Assembly (NCBI RefSeq): GCF_009914755.1
Contig: NC_060947.1
Direction: 5' to 3' (one strand)
DNA length: 64,000 nt
Origin: the human T2T-CHM13v2.0 reference genome, Homo sapiens
Shown: positions 61,933 to 64,000 of the stretch, in pieces
Position numbering within the stretch: position 1 is the stretch's first letter
Layout: each line of letters starts with the position of its first letter
Notes under the pieces: model-generated
The model's database searches: none
What the model was told of the DNA's origin: nothing
Seen by the model: the letters and a program-made list of their open reading frames with translations, nothing else
Position numbers and translations under genes: made by a program

Positions 61933-63377
61933 TGAGAGGTGACAGCGTGCTGGCAGTACTCACAGCCCTCGCTCACTCTCGGTGCCTCCTCTGCCTGGGC
62001 TCCCACTTTGGCAGCACTTGAGGAGCCCTTCTGCCCGCCGCTGCACTGTGGGAGCCCCTTTCTGGGCTGGCCAAGGCCAGAGCTGGCTCCCTCAGCTTGC
62101 AGGGAGGTGTGGAGGGAGAGGCGCCGGCGGGAACCAGGGCTGTCCGCGGTGCTTGCGGGCTAGCGCGAGTTCCGGGTGGGCGTGGGCTGGGCGGACCCTG
62201 CACTCGGAGCAGCCAGCTGGCCCCACTGGCCCCGGGCAGTGAGGGGTTTAGCACCTGGGCCAGCAGCTGCTGTGCTCAATTTCTCGCGGGGCCTTAGCTC
62301 CCTTCCCCAGGGGCAGGGCTCGGGACCTGCAGCCCGCCATGCCTGAGCCTCCCCCGCCTCCGTGTGCTCCTGTGCAGCCCGAGTCTCCCCGACGAGCGCC
62401 GCCCCCTGCTCCACGGCAGGCAGTCCCATCGACCACCCAAGGGCTGAGGAGTGTGGGTGCACGGCACGGGACTGGCAGGCAGCTCCACCTGCAGCCCCAG
62501 TGGGAGATCCACTGGGTAAAGCCACCTGAGCTCCTGAGTCTGGTGGGGATGTGGAGAACCTTTATGTCTAGCTCAGGGATTGTGAATGCACCAATCGGCA
62601 TTCTATGTCTAGCTCAAGGTTTGTGAACATACCAATCAGCACCCTGTGTCTAGCTCAGGGTTTGTGAATGCACCAATCAACACTCTGTATCTAGCTACTC
62701 TGGTGGAGCCTTGGAGAACCTTTATGTCTAACTCAGGGATTGTAAATACACCAATCGGCACTCTGTATCTAGCTCAAGGTTTGTAAAGACACCAATCAGC
62801 ACCCTGTGTCTAGCTCAGGGTTTGTGAATGCACCAATCGACACTCTGTATCTAGCTACTCTGGTGGGGACTTGGAGAAGCTTTGTGTCCACAATCTGTAT
62901 CTAGCTAATCCGGTGGGGACATGGAGAACCTTTGTGTCTAGCTCAGGGATTGTAAATGCACCAATCAGTGCCCTGTCAAAACAGACCACTCGGCTCTACC
63001 AATCAGCAGGATGTGGGTGGGGCCAGACAAGAGAATAAAAGCAGGCTGCCCGAGCCAGCAGTGGGAACCCACTTGGGTCCCCTTCCACAGTGTGGAAGCT
63101 TTGTTCTTTCGCTCTTTGCAATAAATCCTGCTGTTGCTCACTCTTTGGGTCCACACTGCCTTTATGAGCTGTAACATTCACCGCGAAGGTCTGCAGCTTC
63201 ACTCCTGAGCCAGCGAGATCACGAACCCACCAGAAGGAAGAAACTCCAAACACATCCGAACATCAGAAGGAACAAACTCCGGACACGCCGCCTTTAAGAA
63301 CTGTAACACTCACTGTGAGGGTCCGTGGCTTCATTCTTGAAGTCAGTGAGACCAAGAACCCACCAATTCCGGACACA
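61933..63377 (+). mobile_element. Solo LTR12 (LTR12C-like, ERV9)
   Basis: tgagaggtgacagcgtgctggc...ccaattccggacaca, with tandem caccaatc repeats. 4-bp TSD ATAC (61929-61932, 63378-63381). Confidence 0.95.
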
Positions 63378-63860
63378 ATACCTACTGCCTTTCTATCTGG
63401 CTTTAAGCTACCAGAGGCTTGGCTGGCCCAGAATTGCAACAGGATTCTTAGCAGTTTCTGAGAACGCAGCAGAGGTCCCCTACTCCCTAAGGGCATCTGG
63501 CCCAAGGCAGAGCCCCTTCCTGATGTAGAGTGGGTTCTGCTTGTTTCAGGTGGCTTCCTCCACCTCAGTACTATTCCTTTTACCCATGGAATCATGGTGC
63601 CATAGGACTTCTAATTTAATGTTTTAGATTGGGCAGAGGGGAAAGGCACATTCAGAGGCTATAGGATGTCTCTCTATCACTGTCAAGATTTGTCATGATT
63701 TCAACATAGAAATTGTGGCAGAAGGTAATTTCCCAGTGGATAGAGCCTTTCTTTTACTTTCCAACTCTCCTGAAAGTTCACCCTGAAATGCCAGTTCACA
63801 CAAAGACAACAACTAATCTGGCTTCCTGTTTTAAAGAACAAGGCTGGGTGGCTGGGACTG

Positions 63861-63900
63861 CAGAAATCCAGTGGGACATGCAGAAATCCAGTGGGACATG
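63861..63900 (+). repeat. 20-bp perfect tandem duplication
   Basis: cagaaatccagtgggacatg x2, plus a degenerate third copy. Confidence 0.85.
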
Positions 63901-64000
63901 AAGAAACCAGTAAGGAATAGATTTATGTGATAGCCCTCTTCCAGGGTGGGACAGTCTTCCACACAGGCCTGAGTCACCTTTAAGAAGTATTTGGTTTGGG

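Noticed and set aside
61939-62626. GC-rich overlapping ORFs / CpG island of a new gene
   Set aside because: Entirely inside the LTR12 element.
62560-62980. Regularly spaced repeats resembling a CRISPR array
   Set aside because: Normal LTR12 U3 tandem CCAAT repeats with no unique spacers, in a eukaryotic context.

Overview
Primate (very likely human Xp21) genomic DNA from the MAGE-B cancer-testis gene cluster. Two intact 407-aa single-coding-exon MAGE genes lie on the + strand: MAGEB6B (17914-19137) and MAGEB6 (51158-52381), 33,244 bp apart in direct orientation. Three decayed MAGE-B pseudogenes lie at about 5.1, 27.3 and 57.1 kb. The rest is mostly transposons: MST and THE1 MaLR proviruses, Alu, Tigger2/4, MADE1, MLT1/2, old L1M, a three-layer nested L1 and a solo LTR12. 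Main observations: (i) two inverted L1PA copies of different age share private disabling lesions, in what look like conversion tracts running in opposite directions; (ii) the paralog pair has a patchwork of identity, consistent with an old duplication overlaid by recent gene conversion; (iii) one half of the MAGE domain shows a strong excess of amino-acid changes next to a fully homogenised half; (iv) the paralogs differ in regulatory sites (overlapping uORF, ETS/CRE sites, splice donors); (v) a degenerate ~200-230-bp array of MAGE 5'-exon-like units is left orphaned in one copy. I found no evidence of a wholly new gene system. Repeat subfamily names come from remembered consensus features, and all identity figures are by eye.
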